Shown in pieces: positions 1 through 8,369 of a stretch of DNA of 64,000 nt. Below the pieces are notes generated by a model, which saw nothing but the letters and a program-made list of their open reading frames with translations, was not told the origin of the DNA and did not search any database. The translations under genes were made by a program, and so were the position numbers. Origin of the DNA: Bacillota bacterium (GTDB lineage Bacteria > Pseudomonadota > Gammaproteobacteria > Natronospirales > REEB76); NCBI GenBank assembly GCA_050261675.1, contig JBLNDO010000030.1, positions 11,424 through 75,423 of the forward strand. The letters run 5' to 3'. How positions within the stretch are numbered: position 1 is the stretch's first letter; each line of letters opens with the position of its first letter.

Positions 1-43
1 CATCCGTGACGAGCGTGATCAGTTGGATATCGAAGGACGACAT
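1..43 (-). CDS. 5' end of an unidentified CDS running off the left edge of the window
   Basis: Minus-strand ATG at 43 (MSSFDIQLITLVTD...) with GGAGG 8 nt upstream (complement of 52-56). Only 14 codons are visible. Confidence 0.3.
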   Translation of the reverse strand, partial: MSSFDIQLITLVTD

Positions 44-219
44 GGCTTCAACCTCCCGGCTTCACGCCCAGGTAATCCAGCCTATGCTTCGCGCCGTCGG
101 CACAGGCCGGAGCGAATTCTATGCGGTCTGAACGCATTGACCATCAATGGTTTTGCCAAGCTCCGCTTCGGACACGCACAGATGGGTATTCCAAGGCCTG
201 GCCCCATTTCTCCGAATTC

Positions 220-930
220 TTAGAATACATGCGTAAGCAGCAACTGGGTGCCGTCCACCAGGTCGCGGACCTGGAGCTTCGTCGGGGCCTCGCCTTGCTT
301 CAGGCAGCGGGCGTGGATCTCCGCGAGCCAGCCGGCCTGGCTCCAGGCCGGGACATCCAGGACCTGGGCTGCCTTGAGACCCTCGGCAAGCTCGTCGATG
401 GACGGCGCCTGCTTGCGCAGCTTCACCCGGTGCTTGATCGCGAGCTTGCGGAGGAAGGCTTCCAGCGCCGTGCCCGCGAGGGCCCCCGCGGCGCGTTCGC
501 TGACCTCGATGAGGTCCCGGGCGGTGTCGAGAAGCGCGAGCTGCAGGCCCCTTTCCGCCTGGTCCTCCGTTGCCAGCGTGGTCCAGGCGAGGCGGTCCGC
601 GACCAACTTCAGAATGGCCAACTGGTTCTTGAAACAGCGGATCGCTTCCCCGAAGGCGTCGTCGGACTTCCGGTCGCGGAAGTAATCCTGAATGACATAG
701 GCGCTCCGGTCGCGCCGCGAATACCTTGGGTCCACATAGCGCCTGAACGCGAATGCGTCTTGTCCGCAACGCGACTCGAACTGGGCGCGTAATTCCCTCA
801 AAAATAGCGGATTTTGGTTCCTGGCTAGGCGCGGGTGGCCGAGCAACCGGAGCGTACTCTTAGCGTTCGTGAGGATTGTGAGGGCGGCCGCAACACCGCC
901 AGGGGCCAAAAGACGCATTTTTGCCGGCAT
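220..930 (-). CDS. hypothetical protein (no family recognised)
   Basis: ORF track 220..930 with coding-like composition over the C-terminal ~190 aa. There is no internal Met, so the start is ATG 930/918 or possibly TTG 801. The 801-930 stretch is lower-GC and looks intergenic. Confidence 0.5.
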   Translation of the reverse strand: MPAKMRLLAPGGVAAALTILTNAKSTLRLLGHPRLARNQNPLFLRELRAQFESRCGQDAFAFRRYVDPRYSRRDRSAYVIQDYFRDRKSDDAFGEAIRCFKNQLAILKLVADRLAWTTLATEDQAERGLQLALLDTARDLIEVSERAAGALAGTALEAFLRKLAIKHRVKLRKQAPSIDELAEGLKAAQVLDVPAWSQAGWLAEIHARCLKQGEAPTKLQVRDLVDGTQLLLTHVF

Positions 931-1011
931 GACCTGGATCAGGGCGGGGAGCCGGGCTCTGTTCTAGCCTTCTCTTACATCCCCACAGCGGCCCTGCCGC
1001 GGGAGGCCCCC

Positions 1012-1206
1012 ATGATGACGGCTCAACTGGCGAAACTGGCGTTCTTCGCGGCGGTGCTGGTGATGATCTTCGGCATCGGCTCCATGGCCACCGGCCACGA
1101 GACGGCGGAGGACATGGAGCGCAGCAACAAGCTGATGCGCTGGCGCGTGGGTATCCAGGCGGTGGCCCTGGGTCTCGTGCTGCTGGGCATATTGCTGGAA
1201 AGCTGA
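1012..1206 (+). CDS. HIG1-domain / twin-transmembrane-helix small protein
   Basis: In-frame ATG at 1012 inside ORF 835..1206. The 64-aa product has two TM helices joined by an 'RSNKLMRWRVGIQ' loop typical of HIG1-type small membrane proteins. Confidence 0.7.
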   Translation: MMTAQLAKLAFFAAVLVMIFGIGSMATGHETAEDMERSNKLMRWRVGIQAVALGLVLLGILLES

Positions 1207-1213
1207 GGCGGCC

Positions 1214-1435
1214 ATGGGTCCCGTCTGGCAATTCATGGGTCTCACCCTCGCGGCGGTGGTGCTGGGGCTCCTGGTGGGCATCGTGAAGCTGAGCTTCGGC
1301 CCGGACGAAGCGACGCAGCAGTTGCCCGGCCAGAAACCCGACCCCAAGCATGCGCTGCACCGGCAGGAGATCCAGCTCCTGGTGCTGGGGTTGATCTTCG
1401 TTCTATTCATGGTCATCTGGCGGGTGGCGCGGTAA
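1214..1435 (+). CDS. small membrane protein (two predicted TM helices)
   Basis: ATG 1214 lies 8 nt after the preceding stop, with GAGG 5 nt upstream. Hydrophobic N- and C-terminal helices flank a charged loop. Confidence 0.5.
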   Translation: MGPVWQFMGLTLAAVVLGLLVGIVKLSFGPDEATQQLPGQKPDPKHALHRQEIQLLVLGLIFVLFMVIWRVAR

Positions 1436-1466
1436 CGCGCCCTCACCAGTCCTTGAAACGGTCGCT

Positions 1467-1493
1467 CTCATGTATTACAATGTAATACATGAG
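1467..1493. promoter_or_regulatory. 27-bp perfect palindrome, putative operator of the RHH/PIN module
   Basis: ctcatgtattaca-a-tgtaatacatgag: 13-bp arms, AT-rich, with the right arm containing the ATG (1489) of the RHH gene. Confidence 0.6.
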
Positions 1494-1704
1494 CACCATT
1501 ACGGTACGATTGGACAAGGAACTCGGGCGTATGTTGGCCCGCGTGAGCCGCCTCTCGAAACGTAAGCGCAGCGACATCGTACGCGAGGCCTTGCGGCGTC
1601 AACTCGCCATCCAGGCCTTCGATGAACTCCGTGCCCGCGTGGCGCCCTTCGCCGAGGCGGCGGGCTATCTCACCGATGAAGACGTATTCCGCGACATCTC
1701 GTGA
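1489..1704 (+). CDS. ribbon-helix-helix (CopG/VapB-type) antitoxin
   Basis: 71 aa with an N-terminal strand 'TITVRLDKEL' followed by two helices ('RSDIVREALRRQL'). Its stop overlaps the start of the PIN gene (GTGA at 1701-1704). Confidence 0.8.
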   Translation: MSTITVRLDKELGRMLARVSRLSKRKRSDIVREALRRQLAIQAFDELRARVAPFAEAAGYLTDEDVFRDIS

Positions 1705-2102
1705 GGGTGTTGCTGGACACCAACGTACTGGTGAGCGCCTTCGCCACCCGCGGACTGTGCGCCGACGTGTTCCGCTTGGCCGCCGCCGAACATGAGGTGA
1801 TTTGCGCAGAAGTGGTGCTGGACAAACTCCAGCGCGTGCTGACCGAGCGCTTCCATCTCCCGGCGGGCACCGTCTCGGACATCACAGCGCTTCTCAGGAG
1901 CTTCGAGTTCGTCCCGAAACCGCGGGGCCTGCCCAAGATCAAGGTACGCGATGAGGATGATGCCTGGGTGCTGGCCTCTGCCCTTACCGGCCGGGCGGAT
2001 ATCCTGGTGACGGGCGACCGGGATCTGCTCGTCCTGGGCGACGTGGCGGCAATGCGCATCCTAGATCCGCGCGGCTTCTGGAGCCTCGTAAAAACCGCCT
2101 GA
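1701..2102 (+). CDS. PIN-domain toxin (VapC-like ribonuclease)
   Basis: 133 aa with 'VLLDTNVLVSA', 'DEDDAWVLA' and 'LVTGDRDLL' acidic motifs characteristic of PIN domains. It is translationally coupled to the RHH gene. Confidence 0.8.
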   Translation: MRVLLDTNVLVSAFATRGLCADVFRLAAAEHEVICAEVVLDKLQRVLTERFHLPAGTVSDITALLRSFEFVPKPRGLPKIKVRDEDDAWVLASALTGRADILVTGDRDLLVLGDVAAMRILDPRGFWSLVKTA

Positions 2103-2185
2103 ACACCCGGCTGACAGGCGGGCCGGCGCGGGAGTAGATTCTTGACGGATTGCTCCCGGGTCGGGAGCGCATGGGGTGAACCAGC

Positions 2186-2599
2186 ATGGCACGACGTTTC
2201 GCCTGGTCGTTTTCCGCCGCGGTTCTCGCGGCGCTCGCCGCCGCCTGCGGCAAGGCGCCCAACCCGCCCACGGCACCGGCCGCTCCCGCAAAGCCGGCCG
2301 CGCCTGCTCCGACGGCCGCGGTGACGTACCAGTGCTCTTCCCCGCAGAAAAGCCGCGACCTCTTCATGCGCTTCGGACCGGACGGCGCGCTCTACCTGGG
2401 CGACAACGCCACGGACATGAAGCCGACCGGAGACATGATTCTCTTCGACAAGAGCGGTGTGGCGAACTGGACCGACAAGCTGCCCAACGGGAGCGAGACC
2501 AACCGTTTCGACAAGAACACGGGCGAGTGGATCTGGGAGATGGACACCCGTTCGGGCGAGAGCTTCGACCAGGCCCGCTATTCCTGCAAGCCGGTCTGA
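2186..2599 (+). CDS. lipoprotein, function unknown
   Basis: Signal peptide with lipobox LAAAC|G, a Pro/Ala-rich linker, then a ~90-aa globular part with 3 Cys. Confidence 0.6.
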   Translation: MARRFAWSFSAAVLAALAAACGKAPNPPTAPAAPAKPAAPAPTAAVTYQCSSPQKSRDLFMRFGPDGALYLGDNATDMKPTGDMILFDKSGVANWTDKLPNGSETNRFDKNTGEWIWEMDTRSGESFDQARYSCKPV

Positions 2600-2846
2600 C
2601 GCGCGGCCTTACGTTTCGTTACTTACCAATCGTTACACTGTAATAGTCAACTTTCACCCTCACGTTCCGTTAAGGGCTGGGTGGCACCGAAACGGCTCTT
2701 TTGCTCCATGGCGGCGTTGCGCATGACCTCAAAAGCTTCATGTACTGCCTTGTACACTCCAGTTTCTCGGTCCTCCACGCCTTGCCACGAAGCAAAATTT
2801 CTCGTTTCGGAGCCACCCCACCCAATCTGAAAAGAGGAAGACGACC

Positions 2847-3242
2847 ATGAAACCGAGACATATATTGATGGCGGCCCTGCTGGGCCTCGTTTCCACGGCG
2901 GTCTTCGCCGCCAACCCCGCACCGGCGGCGGCCACGGGCGGCAGCATGGGCCACGGCCCGGGCATGAAGTTCTGCGAGAGCCACGCCAAGGACTGCGCCG
3001 ACCAGGCGGCGAAGTTCGACCAGTGGTGTTCGGCCAACGCCCAGAAATGCACGGACCTCAAGGCCTTCGTCGAGCGGCACCGGGAGTGGTGCGAGGCGAA
3101 CAAGGGCGAGTGCAAGGAAGTGCGCGAGCAGGCCCGGGCCGACCGGAAGGAATGGTGCTCGAAGCATCCGGACCGGATGCGCTGCAAGGCGATGAACACG
3201 AAGGACGAAGACACCGAAAACGACACGATGCCGCCTTCTTGA
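2847..3242 (+). CDS. secreted cysteine-rich helical protein with four (F/W)C-x6/8-C motifs
   Basis: Sec signal 'MKPRHILMAALLGLVSTAVFA|A' and RBS gaggaag upstream. Motifs are FCESHAKDC, WCSANAQKC, WCEANKGEC and WCSKHPDRMRC. Confidence 0.65.
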   Translation: MKPRHILMAALLGLVSTAVFAANPAPAAATGGSMGHGPGMKFCESHAKDCADQAAKFDQWCSANAQKCTDLKAFVERHREWCEANKGECKEVREQARADRKEWCSKHPDRMRCKAMNTKDEDTENDTMPPS

Positions 3243-3264
3243 TCCATGCTGATCCTGCTGAGAC

Positions 3265-3292
3265 AAAACCGGCTCGAAAGAGCCGGTTTTTA
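3265..3292 (+). terminator. rho-independent terminator
   Basis: aaaaccggctc-gaaa-gagccggttttt hairpin plus T-run, 23 nt after the stop at 3242. Confidence 0.75.
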
Positions 3293-3439
3293 TCTGCCGC
3301 GAAGAGGACGATTCGGACGAAGCGGTTTATTCGGACTGGATTCCTGCTTCCGCAGGAATGACGGAATCAGGCCGGTTTTTTGTTCCGAGACAGGCGATGC
3401 TACCATCCGCTTGAGTCCGCAACCTCACCGGGGAAATCC

Positions 3440-3844
3440 ATGCCGCAGCGACCCACGAGCGTGACGGTGATCGCCATCCTGCTGATCGTGTTCGGCACCC
3501 TCGCCTTCCTCGGTCTCGCGGCGTTCCAGGCGGTGAAGGACGATCCGAGCGTGCAGGCGGCGCTGGCGAATCTCCCTTCCACCAACACGCTGGACTTCGT
3601 GGTGGGATACATCGGCGCCGGCCTGTACGTGGCCTGCGGCACCGGCTTCCTCCTCCGCCAGGGCTGGATGCGCTTCCTGCTGCTGCTCTGGACCCTGCTC
3701 TCCCTGGTCTACGAGAACTACCGGGGGCACATGACGGTGTTTTCCTTCGGCCGGGATCTTGTGTTCTACGGGGTGGTGTTTTTCTTCCTGTTCACGGCCA
3801 AGGCCCGGGGCTGGTTCGGCGCCAAGGCTGCCCAGAAGCCCTAG
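3440..3844 (+). CDS. integral membrane protein (4 predicted TM helices), function unknown
   Basis: In-frame ATG 3440 inside ORF 3380..3844. The product 'MPQRPTSVTVIAILLIVFGTLAFLGL...' is strongly hydrophobic. Confidence 0.6.
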   Translation: MPQRPTSVTVIAILLIVFGTLAFLGLAAFQAVKDDPSVQAALANLPSTNTLDFVVGYIGAGLYVACGTGFLLRQGWMRFLLLLWTLLSLVYENYRGHMTVFSFGRDLVFYGVVFFFLFTAKARGWFGAKAAQKP

Positions 3845-3951
3845 GGACCGGCCGGCCACCCCCATGATCGCGACATATTGTGGTCATAAAATCCCGGTTA
3901 TACTTAACATATATTTCTGATTACATAATCGCTTTCCAGAGGGGTGAGGGT

Positions 3952-6246
3952 ATGACGATCTCGAAGATGGCGCCCGGCCGGGCGCTCCTGGTTTCCCTGT
4001 TGTCGCTCGCCGGCGCCTTCCACCTGGCCGCCGCGTCCGCCGCCACGGTGGCGAGCATCACGCTCGCCGTGCCCACCAAGACCCTGACCGCCGGCAACAC
4101 CGAGACCCTGAAGGCGACGGCCAAGGACTCCAGCGGCCACGTGATCAGCGGCGTGGCGTTCACTTGGACCTCCAGCAGCACCAAGGTGCTCACGATCTCG
4201 AGCGCGGGCCTCGCCAAGGGCCTGTTCCCGGGAAGCAGCACGGTCAAGGTCACGGGCGGCGGCAAGACCGCCAGCGTCACCCTCAGCGTGGTGGTGGCCA
4301 GCGTCACCCTCACCGCACCCAGCAAGACCCTGAAGGTGGGCAGCCACGAGACCCTGAAGGCGGTGGCCAAGAACTCCGCCGGCCAGGTGATCACCGGGGT
4401 GACGTTCAAGTGGACCTCCAGCCACAGCACCATCGTGAGTGTCGGTTCCACCGGCGTGGCGACGGCCCTGACCTCCGGCAGCGCGACCCTCAAGGCGTCG
4501 GTCGGCCCGAAGTCGGCGAGCGTCGTCATCACCGTGCCTCCCCACGTCGCGGGCATCGCCGCCAAGGGCAGCGCCATCGCCGGGGCCACCGTCACACTGG
4601 TGGACAAGAACGGCGCGACGATCTCGACCGTCACCGGGAGCGACGGCAGCTACAGCCTGGACACCACCGGCCTCACGCCGCCCTTCATGGTGTCCGTGCA
4701 GGTGGATCCCAAGACCGTGCTCTACAGCGTCAGCGACACCGCGAACCCTGGCATGGTCATCAACGTGACGCCCCTGACGGACCTCATCATCCGCTCCTGG
4801 TACAGCGTGCAGGGCCTGGATGTGGCCACGGCCTTCGCGGCCCCGGTCACCGACCCGCCGCCCTCCCCGACCGACGTGCAGATCATCAGCAACGTGGTGG
4901 TGCAGGTCACCGCCCTGTGGCTGCAGCAGAACGGCGTGGACACCACCAGCTTCAGCCCCATCAGCACGGCCTTCACGGCGAACGGCACCGGCGCGGACGC
5001 GGTGCTGGACGACACCACGGTGGACACGGGCACCGGCGCCATCACCATCAGCGCCGGCACCGTCAGCCAAAGCTCGACCGTGACCTACGACACGGGCACC
5101 AGCTCCATGAACGTGGCCACCACCACCACCGACAGCAGCACCAGCACGACCGACAGCAGCGTGCAGGGCACGGTGGTCGCGACCAGCAGCGATGCGCAGA
5201 CGGCGCTCACTGCGATCACCACCACGCTCAACTCCTTCGCCAGCACGGTGAATACGAAAGGTAGCGCTCTCGCGGCCAGCGACGTCAAACCTTTCTTGGA
5301 TACCGGCTTGCTGAACGAAGGTTTGGATCAGGACCTGTTCGCGGACAACATCGCCGATAACTTCAACGGCACACAGACGGGCGGCACGCCCGTGAGCGTC
5401 TCGTTCCAGGTGCTGAATATCCAGACGCTCGATACCGTCAACGGCCTCGCCGACGTGAACTTCATCATGACCGAGACCGCGGGCAACCAGACCCAGACCC
5501 AGACCGACGAGTTCTTCTTCAAGGACCAGGGCAATGGTACCTGGCTCTTCTACGGCGACAATCGGCCCGCCAAGCTCAGCGTCGCCGCCGAGGTGCGCAC
5601 CAACCAGGGCACGAATAACGCCGCGAACGGGCCCGACATCAACCTCGACGTCCGTCCGCTCACGGGCCTCTACTCGGGCATCACCGCGAACGGCGGCCCC
5701 ATCAGCAATCAAGCCTTCACCCAGCAGGGCACCGAGGATGACGTCTATATCCCGGATCCGGCCGTCCCGGCCACCACCGTGACCGTGACGCGGGACGTCT
5801 TCTTCTACAACACCGGGGTGTTGGGAAGCCTGCCCTCTCCCGGCACCAGCCTGACCATCACCCTGACGCCCGTCTCCGGTCCGGCGCAGCCCTACACGGT
5901 GCTGACCAACGCCGTCACCAACGAGGGCATCTCCATCACGAGCCCCACCGGCTCCACCCTGGCCACGGCCACCTTGGGCACGCCGCTGCACGTGGTTTGG
6001 ACCCTGCCGAAGACCTTCGCCGTGGCGGAAGTGAAATTGGAAGGCTTCGCGGAAACCGACCCGGGCCAGAACGACAACATCCAATGCAACGCTCCCAAGC
6101 CGGTGCTCTCCAACACGGCCACCTCGGGCGACATCACGATACCCACCACCTGCGGCGGCAAGTCCGTCCTGGGCGCGATCCTCAACGTGAACGTGATCGG
6201 CGTGAACGGCGAGCGGGAGATCATCGACTACGAATTCCAGAACTGA
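3952..6246 (+). CDS. large secreted protein with two Big_2 Ig-like domains and a carboxypeptidase-regulatory-like domain
   Basis: ATG 3952 with RBS ggtgaggg and signal peptide '...LAGAFHLAAASA'. Two ~80-aa tandem repeats ('ITLAVPTKTLTAGNTETLKATAKDSSGHVISGV.FTWTSS') are followed by 'ATVTLVDKNGATISTVTGSDGSYSL' and a Thr/Ser-rich C-terminal 500 aa. Confidence 0.75.
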   Translation: MTISKMAPGRALLVSLLSLAGAFHLAAASAATVASITLAVPTKTLTAGNTETLKATAKDSSGHVISGVAFTWTSSSTKVLTISSAGLAKGLFPGSSTVKVTGGGKTASVTLSVVVASVTLTAPSKTLKVGSHETLKAVAKNSAGQVITGVTFKWTSSHSTIVSVGSTGVATALTSGSATLKASVGPKSASVVITVPPHVAGIAAKGSAIAGATVTLVDKNGATISTVTGSDGSYSLDTTGLTPPFMVSVQVDPKTVLYSVSDTANPGMVINVTPLTDLIIRSWYSVQGLDVATAFAAPVTDPPPSPTDVQIISNVVVQVTALWLQQNGVDTTSFSPISTAFTANGTGADAVLDDTTVDTGTGAITISAGTVSQSSTVTYDTGTSSMNVATTTTDSSTSTTDSSVQGTVVATSSDAQTALTAITTTLNSFASTVNTKGSALAASDVKPFLDTGLLNEGLDQDLFADNIADNFNGTQTGGTPVSVSFQVLNIQTLDTVNGLADVNFIMTETAGNQTQTQTDEFFFKDQGNGTWLFYGDNRPAKLSVAAEVRTNQGTNNAANGPDINLDVRPLTGLYSGITANGGPISNQAFTQQGTEDDVYIPDPAVPATTVTVTRDVFFYNTGVLGSLPSPGTSLTITLTPVSGPAQPYTVLTNAVTNEGISITSPTGSTLATATLGTPLHVVWTLPKTFAVAEVKLEGFAETDPGQNDNIQCNAPKPVLSNTATSGDITIPTTCGGKSVLGAILNVNVIGVNGEREIIDYEFQN

Positions 6247-6272
6247 CGATCGCTTCGCTCATCGCTCAAAAC

Positions 6273-6300
6273 AAAACCGCCCCGAAAGGGGCGGTTTTTT
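6273..6300. terminator. bidirectional rho-independent terminator between convergent genes
   Basis: aaaa-ccgcccc-gaaa-ggggcgg-tttttt. It lies between the stop at 6246 (+) and the stop at 6299-6301 (-). Confidence 0.8.
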
Positions 6301-6814
6301 ATGAGGATTTACACGCCTGGATGGCCGCAGCGATGCCGCGCAGGAGCGCCTCGGGCGAGGGCGGGCAGCCGGGCACTTCCACGTCCACCGGGATCACGTC
6401 CGCGACGCGGCCGCGCAGGGCGTAGCTCGGGCAGAAGATGCCCTCGCCCCTGCCGCAGGCGCCCACGGCCACCACCAGGCGCGGCTCGGGCGTGGCCTCG
6501 TAGACGCGCTTCAGGGCCGCTTCCATGTGCTTGGACACGGGCCCGGTGACCAGTAGCAGGTCCGCGTGGCGCGGGCTCGCCACGAACTTGATGCCCAATC
6601 CTTCCAGGTTGTAGTAGGGATTGGTGAGGGCGTGGATCTCGAGTTCGCAGCCGTTGCAGGAGCCGGCGTCCACGTGGCGGATGCAGAGCGCGCGGCCGAG
6701 CACGCCGAGGATGTCCGCGCCGAGCGCCTCGCGGCGGCGCCAGGCCTCCTCCGCCCGCGGCGCGGGTTCGGTGACGACGCCGATCCGGCCGATCTGCTTC
6801 AGGGTCTTGAGCAC
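6299..6814 (-). CDS. NuoB/HycG/HyfI-like small subunit (keeps all 4 Cys for one [4Fe-4S] cluster)
   Basis: 'GSCNGCELE', 'SPRHADLLLVTGPV', 'GACG' and 'PGCPP' motifs. GTG start 6814 with GGAGGG 4 nt upstream. Confidence 0.85.
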   Translation of the reverse strand: MLKTLKQIGRIGVVTEPAPRAEEAWRRREALGADILGVLGRALCIRHVDAGSCNGCELEIHALTNPYYNLEGLGIKFVASPRHADLLLVTGPVSKHMEAALKRVYEATPEPRLVVAVGACGRGEGIFCPSYALRGRVADVIPVDVEVPGCPPSPEALLRGIAAAIQACKSS

Positions 6815-6824
6815 GCGCCCTCCG

Positions 6825-8366
6825 CTACAGGTCCTGCCCGCTGTAGGACAGGTTGAAGGATTTGTTGATGAGCGGGAAATCCGGGACGATGTTGCCGAGC
6901 ACCGCGTGCTCGAGCACCGGCCAGTTCTGCCACGACGGGTCGTGGGGATGGCAGCGGCGGACGGTCTCGCCCTCGCCGCTCTCCAGCATCACGAGCACCG
7001 GCCCGCGCCAGCCCTCGATCCAGCCGACCCCCAGGCGCCCCGCCGGAGCGGGCGGCGGTTCGACGCGCGTCCCGCCCGCGGGCAGGTCTTCGAGCAGCCG
7101 CCGGCAGAGGCGCAGGGATTCCAAGAGCTCGTCGAAGCGCACGTCGACGCGGGCGGCCACGTCGCCCGCGAGGGCGCCGCACTGGCGGAGGTCCAGGCGG
7201 TCGTAGGGCGCCGTGGGATGGTCGGCGCGCAGGTCCCAGGACTGGCCGCTGGCCCGGCCGGCGAGGCCGATCAGCCCTAAGTCCCGGGCGAGCGCCGGCG
7301 CCACGCGACCGGCGCCCAGGAAGCGGTCCTGCAGGCCGGCGTGGTCGTCGTAGATGTCCCGCAGCGCGAGCACTTCTTTTTCCAGCGGCGGCAGCGCTTC
7401 CAGCAAGGCGCGGCGCTGGTCCTCCGCGAGATCGGAAGCCACGCCGCCCGGCACCACCGCGTCCATGGAATAGCGGGCGCCGAAGGCGCGGGCGTTCATG
7501 CGCAGCAGGTCTTCCTTCAGGCGCGAGAAATGGGCGAGGCCCACGGTGAAGCCGGCGTCGTTGCCGAGCGCCCCGAGGTCGCCGAGGTGGTTGGCGAGGC
7601 GCTCGCGTTCCAGCAGGAGCGCCCGCAGCCAGAGCGCGCGCGCGGGCGGGGCCGCGCCGGTGATGGCTTCCAGCGCCATGCAGTAGGCCCAGGAGAAGGC
7701 CACGGCGGAATCCCCGGAGACCCGCGACGCGAGGCGGTGGCCTTCCATGAGCGGCAGGGCCTCGAAGCGCTTCTCGATGCCCTTGTGCACGTAGCCGAGC
7801 CGCTCCTCGAGACGCAGCACCTTCTCGCCCACCACGGAGAAGCGGAAATGCCCGGGCTCGATGGTGCCGGCGTGCACCGGTCCCACGGCGATCTCGTGCA
7901 CGCCCTCCCCCGCCACGGCCACGAAGGGATAGTGCTCGTCCTTCACGGGTCCGGTCTCGCGGGGGGCGTCGCGCCGCAGGGGGTAATGGTCCAGGGGCCA
8001 GGCGGCGTGGCGCAGCCAGTCGCGGGTGTCGCCGCCGTAGGCGCAGAGCCCCAGGAGGTCGAAGGCCGCCCGCTGCATGCGTCCGGCGGCCGGGAAGATC
8101 TCCGCCAGGTTCGGATAGCCGGAGGTGGCGCCGCCGTCCAGCGCGTGCTCCAGGATCAGCAGGCCCTCCGCGTCCTGCAGCGCGACGCGCAGCAGGAAAC
8201 CGCCGCTCCGGTCGCGCTCGTCGGTGCCCCACAGGGCGTGCAGCAGGCCGCCGTTCTCGCGCACGGCGGCGCAGGCGGCGCGCAGCTCCGCCGCCTCGAC
8301 CCAGGCACGGCGCGCCGGCGCCGCCCCGGGCAGGGTCTCGTACGTGAGTTTGGGCATCTCGATCAC
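6825..8366 (-). CDS. HycE/HyfG/NuoCD-like large subunit homolog lacking the NiFe-binding cysteines
   Basis: 'GPVHAGTIEPGHFRF', 'LEERLGYVHKGIEK' and an N-terminal NuoC-like part. The RxCGxC position reads RVSGDS (codons 7707-7718). The C-terminal DPCxxC position reads NLSYSG (6837-6851). Confidence 0.85.
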   Translation of the reverse strand: MIEMPKLTYETLPGAAPARRAWVEAAELRAACAAVRENGGLLHALWGTDERDRSGGFLLRVALQDAEGLLILEHALDGGATSGYPNLAEIFPAAGRMQRAAFDLLGLCAYGGDTRDWLRHAAWPLDHYPLRRDAPRETGPVKDEHYPFVAVAGEGVHEIAVGPVHAGTIEPGHFRFSVVGEKVLRLEERLGYVHKGIEKRFEALPLMEGHRLASRVSGDSAVAFSWAYCMALEAITGAAPPARALWLRALLLERERLANHLGDLGALGNDAGFTVGLAHFSRLKEDLLRMNARAFGARYSMDAVVPGGVASDLAEDQRRALLEALPPLEKEVLALRDIYDDHAGLQDRFLGAGRVAPALARDLGLIGLAGRASGQSWDLRADHPTAPYDRLDLRQCGALAGDVAARVDVRFDELLESLRLCRRLLEDLPAGGTRVEPPPAPAGRLGVGWIEGWRGPVLVMLESGEGETVRRCHPHDPSWQNWPVLEHAVLGNIVPDFPLINKSFNLSYSGQDL

Positions 8367-8369
8367 GGC

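Noticed and set aside
2647-2775. Possible small minus-strand gene (VEDRETGVYKAVHEAFEVMRNAAMEQKSRFGATQPLTEREGES) in the lower-GC gap.
   Set aside because: It has only a GTG start with a weak RBS, no recognisable family, and the longer ORF version overlaps the start of the 2847 gene. It is kept as a possible gene remnant, not a feature.
3904-6084. 726-aa antisense ORF opposite the Big_2 protein gene, and similar long antisense or frame-shifted ORFs elsewhere (19256..21337 +, 37248..39263 -, 46075..47385 -, 49836..52403 +, 54453..55904 +, 25757..26965 +).
   Set aside because: Their composition (Gly/Arg/His/Asp runs, no motifs) and their complete overlap with genes that have strong motif support indicate GC-driven spurious ORFs.
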